From an uncultured archaeon (GTDB taxonomy: Archaea; Thermoproteota; Nitrososphaeria_A; Caldarchaeales; Wolframiiraptoraceae): DNA of 64,000 bases. This document shows positions 41,367-51,883 of this stretch, piece after piece. Made by a program: the position numbers and the translations under genes. The DNA is taken from positions 32,001 to 96,000 of the forward strand of contig CALKCF010000007.1 in the NCBI GenBank assembly GCA_938083505.1, given 5' to 3'. Under the pieces are notes generated by a model. The model did not search any database, was not told the DNA's origin, and was given only the letters and a program-made list of their open reading frames with translations. Within the stretch, counting starts at the first letter, position 1, and each line of letters starts with the position of its first letter.

Positions 41367-42122
41367 ATGAATGCAGAATGCGTATCGATCGAAGGGCTGA
41401 GTGTGTCTTATTTATCATCGACGGGAAGGATTGAGGCGCTCCGTGACATATCGTTTAAAGTATACGATGGTGAACTTATCACGATAGTTGGCCCTAGCGG
41501 CTGTGGAAAGACAACGCTACTTAACGCCATTGCGGGTCTGCTAAATTTTCGAAACGATGTGCTGATTAGCGGAAAGATATTCGTTAAGAACGCTAAGAGT
41601 ATAGGGTATGTTTTTCAGAGAGATGCACTCCTTCCTTGGAGGACGGTTATCGAGAATGTCGCGTTAGGTCTCGAGGTCAGGAACTTTCTAAAGAAAAAAA
41701 GAAAGGAGATAGCGCTAGACCTCTTAAAGATGATCGGGCTTGAGGATTACGGGAATAAGTATCCACACGAACTTTCTGTGGGCATGAGACAAAGGGTTGC
41801 GCTGGCGAGGGCGATTGCCTATGACCCAGAGCTCATACTTATGGATGAACCACTCGGCTCACTCGATGCTCAAACTAGGATGACCCTTCAGGATGAAATA
41901 CTGGCGATACATAAGAAGACGCGCAAGACTATGTTGATGGTTACGCATGATATAGCTGAAGCCATAATATTGGGCGACAGGATCCTTGTTATGAGCGGTA
42001 GGCCAGGTACTGTGAAGTCAGAGTATATTGTTAAATTACCAAAACCCAGGTCTGCATTCAGTTCTAGACTCGACCCAGAGTTTAGTAGACTTTATGGACT
42101 CATATTAGATGATCTAAAATGA
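41367..42122 (+). CDS. ABC transporter ATPase (NitT/TauT)
   Basis: GPSGCGKT, LLPWRTV, LSVGMRQR, VTHD. Confidence 0.93.
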   Translation: MNAECVSIEGLSVSYLSSTGRIEALRDISFKVYDGELITIVGPSGCGKTTLLNAIAGLLNFRNDVLISGKIFVKNAKSIGYVFQRDALLPWRTVIENVALGLEVRNFLKKKRKEIALDLLKMIGLEDYGNKYPHELSVGMRQRVALARAIAYDPELILMDEPLGSLDAQTRMTLQDEILAIHKKTRKTMLMVTHDIAEAIILGDRILVMSGRPGTVKSEYIVKLPKPRSAFSSRLDPEFSRLYGLILDDLK

Positions 42123-42151
42123 AGATATGCAAATGAGTCAATCTGATCGCC

Positions 42152-42964
42152 TTGCCACGGAAGGCATGCATTATGAAGCACTCGAAAAATAATTGGAAGT
42201 TTCACATAATACGTTTAATACTTCTGATAGCATTCTTACTCCTTTGGGAAGCTTTAACCGGCGGACTGCACCCATCTTTTTCACTATTTGACCCGTTTTA
42301 TTCAAGCAGCCCGAGTCGTATTGGGTATGAGCTTTACATACTCTTCTTCCGAGAGAGCCTACTCAAGGATATGTTCATAACGCTTGGAGAGGCTTTTGCA
42401 GGCCTTGCCCTAGGTATGGTAAGCGGTGTTGTTTTAGGTCTGGTATTCGCTTACTCAAAGCTAATCTCTTTGCTGTTTGAACCGTTAATGTCGGCGCTGA
42501 ACTCCATTCCAAGGCCAGCCCTTGCACCGCTCGTCATCTTCTGGTTTGGCATCGGAATCTTCTCTAAGATATTCTTGGCATGGTCACTCACGTTCTTCGT
42601 GATATTCTACAACACCTACCTCGGCATAAAATCCATAGACCCGGATATACTGAACGTTATGAGGGTCATGAACGCTAGTAAGCTTCAGACTATACGGATG
42701 GTTATCTTACCATCTGTGATGTCGTGGATATTTGCAGGTCTAAGGCTAAGCGTATCTTACGCTCTCATAGGTGCGATAATAGGAGAATTCGTCGGCGCAA
42801 CTGCAGGCATTGGGTATCAACTCATATACGCCGAGGGGCTTTTGATGAGCGATAGACTCTATGCATTGGTTTTGGTAATTGCCGTCATAGGTGCTTCACT
42901 CGCGGAAATCGCCAAGAGAATAGAAAGCAAACTCTTAAGATGGAAAACAGAAATTATTCTTTAA
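42152..42964 (+). CDS. ABC transporter permease (NitT/TauT)
   Basis: IPRPALAP, IIGEF, GIGY; hydrophobic. Confidence 0.9.
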   Translation: MPRKACIMKHSKNNWKFHIIRLILLIAFLLLWEALTGGLHPSFSLFDPFYSSSPSRIGYELYILFFRESLLKDMFITLGEAFAGLALGMVSGVVLGLVFAYSKLISLLFEPLMSALNSIPRPALAPLVIFWFGIGIFSKIFLAWSLTFFVIFYNTYLGIKSIDPDILNVMRVMNASKLQTIRMVILPSVMSWIFAGLRLSVSYALIGAIIGEFVGATAGIGYQLIYAEGLLMSDRLYALVLVIAVIGASLAEIAKRIESKLLRWKTEIIL

Positions 42965-43818
42965 ACTATTGGTTTAACTTCTAAGCTAATGTCTATTGAC
43001 CTAGCGGAGTGCGTAATCTCACCTATTGAGATTATGTCAACACCAGTTGTCGCGTAATCAACAACGTTCTCTTCAGTAATTCCACCCGAGGCTTCGAGTA
43101 ACACCCTTTCCCTTAACCCAGTTGCCTCCAGCATTCTGACTACTTCTTTAATCTCTGGCGGCTCCATATTGTCAAGCATGATTATGTCGGCCCCTGCCCT
43201 TGCAGCCTCGAGTGCATCCCTTACGCTAGAGACCTCAACCTCAACTTTTACGGCAAAACTTGCGAGCTTTTTTGCCATCTCGACCGCTAGCCTAACGTCA
43301 CCAATGACAGCTATGTGGTTATCCTTTATTAACACCATACTTGATAAATCATACCTATGAGTATCACCACCACCTACCTTTACAGCCTTCTTCTCGAAAA
43401 ACCGTAAGCCTGGCAACGTCTTTCTCGTAGCTGCAACCCTTACCCTTGGGTTTACTTGACGCACCTTCTCGACAACCCTTCGTGTATGCGTCGCCACACC
43501 GCACATATGTGCAATTAGGTTCAAGAGTACCCTTTCAATCGACAGCACTTTCCTTATACTACCCATGAGCTCTAGTAGGGCCTCGCCCTTTTCAAAAGAC
43601 TCCCCATCCTTTTTGATGAACTTAACATCGAGGCCCACCAGCTCGGCCAACCCCTTTGCTTCGTCACAACCGCACATCATACCCGACTCTTTTGTCACCA
43701 CGGTCCCTTTACCTATCACATCCTCTGGAATTAACAAATCGCTTGTTATATCGCCCCAACCTAAATCCTCCTCGAGGAATCTAAGCAACTGTCCCCTTAA
43801 ACTCATCATTGAGCTCAC
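42961..43818 (-). CDS. nadC: Quinolinate phosphoribosyltransferase
   Basis: TRKTLPG, HR, IKDNH, EVEV, MLDN, EASGG. Confidence 0.96.
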   Translation of the reverse strand: MSSMMSLRGQLLRFLEEDLGWGDITSDLLIPEDVIGKGTVVTKESGMMCGCDEAKGLAELVGLDVKFIKKDGESFEKGEALLELMGSIRKVLSIERVLLNLIAHMCGVATHTRRVVEKVRQVNPRVRVAATRKTLPGLRFFEKKAVKVGGGDTHRYDLSSMVLIKDNHIAVIGDVRLAVEMAKKLASFAVKVEVEVSSVRDALEAARAGADIIMLDNMEPPEIKEVVRMLEATGLRERVLLEASGGITEENVVDYATTGVDIISIGEITHSARSIDISLEVKPIV

Positions 43819-43875
43819 CTATCCCGTATGCCGTTAAACGAGAAAATAATTAAAAATTAAGCCTTTGTAGGTCCA

Positions 43876-45444
43876 TCAACCCTTGTTGCTTACTCCCCTG
43901 ACGTAAAAATCTTGACTCAGCTTTCTACCCGTGCGCCTCTCCCACTCAGGGATGGATATGCCGTAATTCGCTTGTATGCTATCTCTGTATATCTCTGGCA
44001 ATACGTTGAATGCGCAGAACGGAATGATGCGCCCGTCTGGCACGAGGTAATGAATGCTACACCTCTTAACCCTCTCTATGTCATAGTTATACTTGTCTTG
44101 GAAGTGCATCATACCAATGAAGAGGCTTTTCTTATGCCACTCACCAACACTTTCGTAATCGTGCTTTACAAGTATCTCGAAGAGAACTCTAGAGATGTTC
44201 AGCCCAGCAGGCTTTTTGCTCTCATTTATGAAGCTTTTTATCTTCATGAGCATGCTGAGTCCTACTATATACTTGCTCTTCCCTTGCCTTATCTCCTCTG
44301 CCTTCTCAGAGATATAGTTGAGCAAACCTTCAACATCAACGAAGTCCGTTATTGGTATAAGCTTATCTCCGTCTTTAAAAACGTACGTTCCAGCACCACA
44401 AACAAAGTGTGGCGTCAACTCATATTTTGGCTTGAGTGTTAAGGCTTCTATGAAGTGCGTTACCGGTGTGCATGTAGGAACCGTGAACCAAGCATCGGCT
44501 GGTATCTGCCCATACGTTTGCTCCTCTATGAGACGGATACAATCGGGTATTGTTATCCTGTACTTTTCCCTGTGTTTTTTTGGCATCAAACCAGTCAAAG
44601 AAACCGGCTGAAAGTTCACCGACCTGACTATATCGGCATTATTAAAACCGAACCTGATGATATCTCCTAGCTCATGGTCGTTAATAGACTTTATTATTGT
44701 AGGTACAAGAACGACGCCGATGTTGAGCTTCCTTGCGTTATCTAAGATTGCTGGTATCTCCCAATGATTCTTCAGATTTGTCTCATGCGTTACACCGTCA
44801 AAGCTTAAGTAAAGTGTACTCAAACCAGCCTCCTTAACCCTTTTGAAGAACTCGAAGTCCTTGGCGAGTCTTATACCGTTCGTGTTAAGCTGAACATGGT
44901 CGATGCCGTGCTTTTTTATTATACGGACTATCTCCGGGAGATCATCCCTCAAACACGGCTCCCCACCGGTCAATTGGACAGAGTTGCCTGCTACCGGCCT
45001 CTCCGCCCTAAGGACCCTTATCATTTCTTCTATCTGTTCCAATGTAGGTTCATAAACATATCCTACCTTCTCGCTATAAAAGAAGCAGTACCAGCACCTA
45101 ATGTCGCATCTGTTTGTCACAACAATGTTTGCGAGAGCTGTATGACTCAAATGCAGGTTACACAAACCACAATCCATTGGACAGATTGGCTCCTTGACTT
45201 GAACGTTTGGGTTCTCTATTCCCTTACCATTGTGTGCCCATTTACTAAACCTTCTGTACATATTCACATCGCCGAAATAGAGCTCCTCAACGTGACCATG
45301 TTCCGGACAGGATTTTCTCATTACGACCTTTCCATCAATTTCGACAAGATCTGCTGGTATTATCGCATTACATGTAGGGCAAATACTCTGAGTAGTGGTA
45401 ATGACGTTGACGTCCCTATTTAAAGATTTAACTGTTTGAGTCAA
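43876..45444 (-). CDS. tes: Tetraether lipid synthase (Tes/GDGT-MAS, MJ0619 family radical SAM)
   Basis: N-terminal CPTC...CPEHG, CPMDCGLC-H, CDIRCWYC, C-terminal RCSIHY...IIPFC. Confidence 0.88.
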   Translation of the reverse strand: MTQTVKSLNRDVNVITTTQSICPTCNAIIPADLVEIDGKVVMRKSCPEHGHVEELYFGDVNMYRRFSKWAHNGKGIENPNVQVKEPICPMDCGLCNLHLSHTALANIVVTNRCDIRCWYCFFYSEKVGYVYEPTLEQIEEMIRVLRAERPVAGNSVQLTGGEPCLRDDLPEIVRIIKKHGIDHVQLNTNGIRLAKDFEFFKRVKEAGLSTLYLSFDGVTHETNLKNHWEIPAILDNARKLNIGVVLVPTIIKSINDHELGDIIRFGFNNADIVRSVNFQPVSLTGLMPKKHREKYRITIPDCIRLIEEQTYGQIPADAWFTVPTCTPVTHFIEALTLKPKYELTPHFVCGAGTYVFKDGDKLIPITDFVDVEGLLNYISEKAEEIRQGKSKYIVGLSMLMKIKSFINESKKPAGLNISRVLFEILVKHDYESVGEWHKKSLFIGMMHFQDKYNYDIERVKRCSIHYLVPDGRIIPFCAFNVLPEIYRDSIQANYGISIPEWERRTGRKLSQDFYVRGVSNKG

Positions 45445-45687
45445 GAAATAGCACCGAACTTATTGCATAAAAACCTCTTGCAATTTTTAAACGTTTCTAA
45501 CCAAATACATGGATGAGTGGTGTTACTGTTTTCCACACGTATTATTGTTTTAAAGTAACATTATAACAACATTTACGTTAACTACCCGTCAAAATTCTGC
45601 GAGTTAGTGGTTAAAGGCTTCTTATACATCGCAACCTTATCTTTAAATTTTAGAACAAACGTCATAAGTTTGAGGGAACACACAGCT

Positions 45688-46371
45688 TTGTCAGAGAAAA
45701 TAGAGGTAATAGTGCCTGAGGAGGGCGAGGTTTTCGACATAGAACTCGAGGAAGACTTACTTGAGGCGAATAGAAGAATAGCTGAAGAAAATAAGCAACT
45801 TTTAGAAAAGCACGGCGTAAGGGCAATCGATGTAATGGGCTCGGTCGGTTCGGGGAAGACGACGCTTATTGAGAAGTTAATAGCTCTACTAAAGGACAAG
45901 CATAGAATTGCTGTATTCGGTGGCGATGTTACAACGACAATAGACGCCGAAAGATTAAGGAAGTCTGGTGCTAAGACGCTACAGATAAACACCGGCAAAG
46001 AATGTCACCTTGATGCCAACCTTGTGAGAAAGGCACTGAACAAAATGGACCTGAATAACATTGACGTGCTTTTTATAGAAAATGTCGGAAATCTGATATG
46101 TCCAGCTGAATTCCCACTCGGAACAGACAGCAGGGTGGTCGTCATAAGCGTGACTGAGGGCCCTTACACACCATTGAAGCATCCTTACATATTCATGGAG
46201 GCGGATGTTGCTGTTATCAATAAGATAGATTTAGCAGAAGCTATGGGTGTGGACGTTGATGAGCTGGAGGCTAAGATAAGAAAAGTTTCTCCAGACATCG
46301 TGGTCGTTAAGACGAGTTGCAAAACCGGTGAAGGTATAGAAAAAGTGGCCAAAGCGCTAGGTCTGTTGTAG
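45688..46371 (+). CDS. hypB: Hydrogenase nickel incorporation GTPase
   Basis: GSGKT, CHLDA, ENVGNLICP, NKID; TTG start at 45688. Confidence 0.95.
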   Translation: MSEKIEVIVPEEGEVFDIELEEDLLEANRRIAEENKQLLEKHGVRAIDVMGSVGSGKTTLIEKLIALLKDKHRIAVFGGDVTTTIDAERLRKSGAKTLQINTGKECHLDANLVRKALNKMDLNNIDVLFIENVGNLICPAEFPLGTDSRVVVISVTEGPYTPLKHPYIFMEADVAVINKIDLAEAMGVDVDELEAKIRKVSPDIVVVKTSCKTGEGIEKVAKALGLL

Positions 46372-46373
46372 AA

Positions 46374-46745
46374 ATGCACGAGTTCTCCATAATGTCGCAG
46401 CTTGTGGAGAGAGTGGTTGAGGAAGCCAGAAAAAGAAATGCAAAGAGGGTTATAGAGGTTGAGCTATACGTTGGCCAACTATCCTTCCTTAATTCAGAAC
46501 AGATGCGCTTTGCATACAGTGTGCTTTCCAAGGGTACGATCCTAGAAAATTCTCATTTAATCATTAACATAATAGATGCTCGCGTTAAGTGTGAAGTCTG
46601 TGGGTTTGATGGTAAGCCAGACTACATCGATGATGCCTCTTATCACGTTTCAGCACCCCTCTTCTTATGTCCTGTATGCGGTAGCCCTGTAGAGGTTCTA
46701 GAGGGGAGGGGTTGCATTATAAGAAGGGTGAAACTCGAGATTTAG
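46374..46745 (+). CDS. hypA: Hydrogenase nickel chaperone
   Basis: MHE start, two CXXC motifs. Confidence 0.95.
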   Translation: MHEFSIMSQLVERVVEEARKRNAKRVIEVELYVGQLSFLNSEQMRFAYSVLSKGTILENSHLIINIIDARVKCEVCGFDGKPDYIDDASYHVSAPLFLCPVCGSPVEVLEGRGCIIRRVKLEI

Positions 46746-46792
46746 GTATTATGAGTAGAGTTTATTAGTTAGAGCAGCGCAATTTTATAAAA

Positions 46793-47008
46793 ATGTGTTT
46801 GGCAGTACCTGCAAAGGTTGTAGAAAAAGTCGGCAATGTAGCTAAGGTAGATTTTGGCGATAATACACTTAGAGAGGTAGACGTGTCGCTCGTAGACGTT
46901 TCCGTAGGACAATACGTGCTTGTTCACGCAGGCTATGCCATACAGGTGCTTGACGAAGATGAGGCGCTCAAGACGATAGAGCTATTGTCAGAGATACTTA
47001 GCGAATAG
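46793..47008 (+). CDS. hypC: Hydrogenase maturation chaperone
   Basis: MCLAVP, VLVHAG. Confidence 0.96.
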   Translation: MCLAVPAKVVEKVGNVAKVDFGDNTLREVDVSLVDVSVGQYVLVHAGYAIQVLDEDEALKTIELLSEILSE

Positions 47009-47032
47009 TGGTTACGTCATTGGTGACGTTAT

Positions 47033-48118
47033 TTGAGTTTTTTGAAGGAACTCAGGAATAGGGAGTTAGCATATGCGCTTGTGCGCAAAATTAAGGAGGT
47101 CTTCCCAAAGAAACCGATTAAGATATGTCATGTATGCGGCACGCACGAATGGACAATAGTCCATTATGGTTTACGTTCACTTCTTCCAGATAATATAGAG
47201 CTTATTGCCGGGCCTGGTTGTCCTGTATGCATAACCCCTGCGTTGGACATAGACCAAGCCGCCGAGCTAGCACTCGAGGGCAAGACTGTTACAGTATTCG
47301 GGGACGTGTCAAGATCAGTTGGCGTCAAATACTCCTTAGAGGCTGTGAGGTCAGAAGGTGGTAACGTGAAGATCGTTTATAGCATACTCGACGCTCTAAA
47401 GATAGCTAAATCGGACAAAAGCAAGGAGGTCGTATTCTTCGCAGTAGGGTTCGAGACTACTGCTCCACTCACCGCATTGCACATACTTCGGACACCACCA
47501 AAAAACTTCTCGATACTCAGCTCGCATAGATACGTGCCACCCGCAGTCATCACCCTTTACTCCCGTGGTAAGCTGGAAATGGATGGTGTAATAGCGCCAG
47601 GTCATGCCACGACGATAAGCGGCTTGAAGACTTACGAGCCCTTAGCTAAAGAGCACGGCATTCCCGTCGTTGCCTCCGGTTTCGAGCCTGTGGACGTTCT
47701 AATGTCCATAATCATGTTAGTTAAGCAGATATCAGAAGGCAAGGCAGAAGTACTGAACCAGTATTCAAGGTCTGTTACATGGGAAGGCAATGTTAAGGCG
47801 ATGCAGACGATTAACCGCGTCTTTGAACTAACTGACGCTCATTGGAGGGGCATAGGTACGATAGAGCACACGGGCTTCGTCTTGAGGAAGGAGTTTAAGG
47901 ATTACGATGCAAGATACAAGTACGGCCTGAAGAACGTGAACTATGCCAGCGAGATGCATCCAGGATGCAGGTGCGCTGAGATTATGCTTGGAAAGATTAA
48001 ACCTACGCAGTGCCCACTTTACATGAAAGTATGTAAGCCAAGTAAGCCCGTCGGGCCGTGTATGGTCTCAATCGAAGGCACGTGTAGAATTTGGGCAACT
48101 CATATTGCATTCTCATAA
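47033..48118 (+). CDS. hypD: Hydrogenase maturation protein
   Basis: CGTH, GPGCPVC, GFETT, PGH, C-terminal Fe-S cysteines. Confidence 0.96.
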   Translation: MSFLKELRNRELAYALVRKIKEVFPKKPIKICHVCGTHEWTIVHYGLRSLLPDNIELIAGPGCPVCITPALDIDQAAELALEGKTVTVFGDVSRSVGVKYSLEAVRSEGGNVKIVYSILDALKIAKSDKSKEVVFFAVGFETTAPLTALHILRTPPKNFSILSSHRYVPPAVITLYSRGKLEMDGVIAPGHATTISGLKTYEPLAKEHGIPVVASGFEPVDVLMSIIMLVKQISEGKAEVLNQYSRSVTWEGNVKAMQTINRVFELTDAHWRGIGTIEHTGFVLRKEFKDYDARYKYGLKNVNYASEMHPGCRCAEIMLGKIKPTQCPLYMKVCKPSKPVGPCMVSIEGTCRIWATHIAFS

Positions 48119-48160
48119 CGCATTGAAAAGTTATATACAAAAGTTATTAGACTATAATTT

Positions 48161-49276
48161 ATGAATACACGACAAGAATCGCCAGATTACGTAAGAATAA
48201 GCCTTGCCGCAGCCATGACCTTAGGGTTGGTGAATGGTACGTTCTTCAGGGGTGCAACCCTTTATTGCGTTAACCTCCTCTTAACGTACAGTGATGGGTG
48301 TATAGGAAGGTGCGCATACTGTGGGCTTTCTAGAAGCAGGGCTTTAGAGAAAGACTGGACTGACTACAGCTTCATACGCGTTAATTGGCCGATGGTTAGC
48401 TTAGATGAGGTCATTGAAAGGATGGATTCATGTCCGCATGTTGAAAGGGTTTGCATCTCGATGGTGACGAATCGCAGGGCACCTAAGGACTGTCTAACTG
48501 TCGTCAAGAGATTGCGTGAAAAAACGGACTCGATATCCTGCCTGATAACGCCGACAATAATAGACCGTAACTGGCTTGAAGAAATGAAGAGGGCAGGAGC
48601 CGATAAGATAGGTATAGCGATAGATGCTGCGACACCAGAGCTTTTCGATAAGCTCAGGGGTAGATGGGTTGGAGGGCCTCACCGCTGGGAGAAATACTGG
48701 AATACAGTCAAAGAGGCTGTAGAAGTATTCGGTAGGTATAATGTCGGTATTCACTTGATAGTTGGCCTTGGTGAGACAGAAGAGGAGATGGTCAAGTGCA
48801 TACAAGCAGCTTACGATATTGGCGCATTAACACATCTCTTTTCATTCTTCCCGGAGGATGGGTCAGTTATGGAAAGGCACCCCCAACCTCCAATCGGACA
48901 ATATAGGCGCATACAACTTGCCCGTTACTTGATCAATAAGGGTCTAGCGGTCGTTGACGGCATGCGTTTTGACAGCTCTGGAAGATTGATAGATTTCGGC
49001 TTAGAAAAAGATGTGCTCGATGAGGTGATAGAGAGCGGACTTCCGTTTATGACGTCAGGATGTGCTAGCAAGAAAAGGGATAATGCGTGCAATAGACCCT
49101 TCTCGGACTATACACCATACCACGCCCTAATCGGTGAGATGCGCAATTATCCCTTCGTACCAACAAAGGATGACATTAAACTGATAAGAAGACAGCTACA
49201 GGATTATTCAAACATTCCAGTCAAAGTATGGGTGGAAGGGCTAGAAAGTCTATTAGGTTGTATTGAACATATTTAG
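48161..49276 (+). CDS. lipS2: Radical SAM lipoyl synthase subunit LipS2
   Basis: CIGRCAYC plus TSGC...CNRP (variant of TXGCPXC(N/D)RP); lipS1/lpl context. Confidence 0.82.
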   Translation: MNTRQESPDYVRISLAAAMTLGLVNGTFFRGATLYCVNLLLTYSDGCIGRCAYCGLSRSRALEKDWTDYSFIRVNWPMVSLDEVIERMDSCPHVERVCISMVTNRRAPKDCLTVVKRLREKTDSISCLITPTIIDRNWLEEMKRAGADKIGIAIDAATPELFDKLRGRWVGGPHRWEKYWNTVKEAVEVFGRYNVGIHLIVGLGETEEEMVKCIQAAYDIGALTHLFSFFPEDGSVMERHPQPPIGQYRRIQLARYLINKGLAVVDGMRFDSSGRLIDFGLEKDVLDEVIESGLPFMTSGCASKKRDNACNRPFSDYTPYHALIGEMRNYPFVPTKDDIKLIRRQLQDYSNIPVKVWVEGLESLLGCIEHI

Positions 49277-49305
49277 GTTAGGCGAATAACATCACTGGTG
49301 GTTGA

Positions 49306-50298
49306 ATGGATCAGTGCTTTGGCCTAAAATTTGACGAGCTTAAACCATTGATAGAAAAAGCGTGGACGATGACGCGTACAAACTTCCCAGAAGAGGTCCA
49401 TTTCTACTTTCCGGACATGGTGTACATTGAAACATCGTTCTATAGACCCACAAATGTTTTTCGCTTCCCTGGAATATCGATAACTGGCACAGTCTGCAGA
49501 TTACAATGTGATCATTGTAAGGGTGCGCTCTTGAAGAGTATGCTTCATGTAACCACACCCGATGCCTTATTTGATGTATGCTTTAGGGTAAAAGAGGCCG
49601 GTGGTGTTGGTTGCCTTGTGACTGGCGGTAGCCTTGAAGATGGAAGCGTTCCAATAAAGAAATTCATACCTGTGTTAAAGAGGATAAAAGATGAGCTAGG
49701 ACTTCATGTAGTAGTACACACAGGCTTGGTTGACGAGGAACTTGCTGAAGGTCTGGCTTATGCTGAAATTGATGCTGTTATGATAGATATAGTAGGCTCT
49801 GATGAAACTATAAATGGTGTGCTGAAGTTAAATAAAACAGTTGCAGACTACGAAAGGTCTTTGAAAAATCTGAAGAAATATGATGTACCTATGGTGCCGC
49901 ATATAGTTGCTGGCATACATTACGGTCAGATTCTGGGCGAGAAGAAAGCCGTAGAGATCGTTTCTAAATATAGACCAGAGGCTCTTGTGATAGTTGCTTT
50001 GATGCCTCTTGCCAACACACCTATGGAAAACGTCTCCCCTCTTAGCCCGATAGATGTCATACGTGTAATTCTTTTTGCTAGGTTTTTAATGCCAAATATT
50101 CCTATAACATTAGGCTGCGCCAGGCCAAGAGGTGCGTTAAGGTCTGCGACAGATGTTTTGGCATTAAAGGCTGGAGTTAACGCCATCGCCTATCCTAGCG
50201 AAGAAGCTTACAAGTTTGCAAGAAGACTAGGTCTGAACGTCGTCGTCCATGAGAGTTGTTGCTCATTGATCTATCGGAATATTGCTTTGAAGGTGTAG
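49306..50298 (+). CDS. lipS1: Radical SAM lipoyl synthase subunit LipS1
   Basis: CRLQCDHC, GCAR and CC motifs. Confidence 0.85.
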   Translation: MDQCFGLKFDELKPLIEKAWTMTRTNFPEEVHFYFPDMVYIETSFYRPTNVFRFPGISITGTVCRLQCDHCKGALLKSMLHVTTPDALFDVCFRVKEAGGVGCLVTGGSLEDGSVPIKKFIPVLKRIKDELGLHVVVHTGLVDEELAEGLAYAEIDAVMIDIVGSDETINGVLKLNKTVADYERSLKNLKKYDVPMVPHIVAGIHYGQILGEKKAVEIVSKYRPEALVIVALMPLANTPMENVSPLSPIDVIRVILFARFLMPNIPITLGCARPRGALRSATDVLALKAGVNAIAYPSEEAYKFARRLGLNVVVHESCCSLIYRNIALKV

Positions 50299-50302
50299 TG
50301 CA

Positions 50303-51883
50303 TTGCGTCAGTGGAGGCTTATTGATACGGGTCTTAGACCTGCATCTGAGAATATGACACTTGATGATGTGATATTGGAATGTAAAGCAAGGAACTTGGT
50401 GCCAGATACTGTAAGATTTCTGAGGTTCAGTCCACCAGCGGCCCTCGTTGGGTATCACCAAGACGTCTATCAAGAGGTCCGATTGGAGTATGCTAAAGAG
50501 AACGGAATAGATGTTAACAGGAGGCTAACAGGAGGTGGTGCTATATACTTTGATAGCTCTACTATTGGATGGGAGGTGATAGCATCAAAGCGATCACTAT
50601 GCACGAACTACTCCTTAGAATGGATCTTCAAGACGGTGTGCGAGTGTGTCGTAAATGCCCTAAAAGAGTTTGGTTTAGACGCTTGCTTCCGACCTAGGAA
50701 CGACATAGAGATAAATGGCAGGAAGATATCGGGTACGGGTGGTGTTGAGAGAGGGGATGCTTTTCTCTTCCAAGGTACACTTCTTGTAGACTTTGATGTC
50801 GAGACCATGATAAAGGTTCTAAAGATTCCGATAATAAAACTCAAGGGTAAGGAGCTCGAATCAGTGAAGAGGAGGGTAACCTGCCTTAAGTGGGAGTTAG
50901 GTTATACGCCAGATTATGAGGAGATCAGGAACGCATTAATCAAAGGTTTCAAAGAAGTTCTTAACATAGAACTCAAATTTGGTGACCTTACTGATTATGA
51001 GTTAGAACTTTTTGAAAAAAGTTTACCATGGTTTAGTTCTGAAGAATGGGTGTTCATGGATAGACGTTCACCAAAAGGTTCTACTATAGTGCATGCGGTT
51101 GATAAGAAGCCAGGTGGTGTCATTCGTGTATCATTGAATGTAGATAAGGATACAAACGTTATAAAAAGTGTGCTAATAACAGGTGATTTTTTTATATTCC
51201 CACAAAGAGCAATCATGGATCTGGAGGCTGCTCTTAAGTTCATCCCGGCAGATGCTGATAAGATAAGGGAAATAATTCACAGGGTATTTGAGGAAAAACA
51301 GGTTAGGACGCTCAGCTTAACTGAAGGTGACTTCGTGGAGCTTATACTCGAGGCCTTAGAGAAAACTGAGCTTGAATCTTACGGCATAGATGCTGATGAA
51401 ATTAACAATATATATCCAATAACAAATGATGTCAAGTCAACATTGAAGAACGGTTTTGATTATATGCTGTTACCATACTGCTCTAAAATGGTGTCATGTA
51501 TGTATAGAAAAATTGATGGGTGTATAAAATGTGGTGAGTGTACAGTTGGTGAGGCATACCGTTTAGCAGAAGAATTTGGTCTAAAGCCCATAACAATTCA
51601 TAACTTTGAACACCTAATAGAGGTTTTGAAGGTGATGAAGGTTAAAGGTGCAAGGGGCTTTATTGGGTGCTGTTGTGAAGCATTCTATGTAAAACATCGT
51701 GACGAGATGAGAGAGGTGGGTGTGCCAGGGATAATAATAGATATCGAGGACAAAACTTGCTATGACTTGGGAAAGGCAGAAGAGGCATATAGGGGCAACT
51801 TCGAGGCCCAGACTAGACTGAATCTGCCCCTCATCAAGAAGATCTTGGTAGCATCCTTAAAAATGGGTGGTAAAAATGCATAA
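50303..51883 (+). CDS. Lipoate:protein ligase (catalytic and accessory domains) fused to a Cys-rich C-terminal domain
   Basis: RRLTGGGAIYFD, RNDI, GRKISG, QGTLL, ITGDFF; C-terminal PYC..C..CIKCGEC..GCCC. Confidence 0.9.
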   Translation: MRQWRLIDTGLRPASENMTLDDVILECKARNLVPDTVRFLRFSPPAALVGYHQDVYQEVRLEYAKENGIDVNRRLTGGGAIYFDSSTIGWEVIASKRSLCTNYSLEWIFKTVCECVVNALKEFGLDACFRPRNDIEINGRKISGTGGVERGDAFLFQGTLLVDFDVETMIKVLKIPIIKLKGKELESVKRRVTCLKWELGYTPDYEEIRNALIKGFKEVLNIELKFGDLTDYELELFEKSLPWFSSEEWVFMDRRSPKGSTIVHAVDKKPGGVIRVSLNVDKDTNVIKSVLITGDFFIFPQRAIMDLEAALKFIPADADKIREIIHRVFEEKQVRTLSLTEGDFVELILEALEKTELESYGIDADEINNIYPITNDVKSTLKNGFDYMLLPYCSKMVSCMYRKIDGCIKCGECTVGEAYRLAEEFGLKPITIHNFEHLIEVLKVMKVKGARGFIGCCCEAFYVKHRDEMREVGVPGIIIDIEDKTCYDLGKAEEAYRGNFEAQTRLNLPLIKKILVASLKMGGKNA

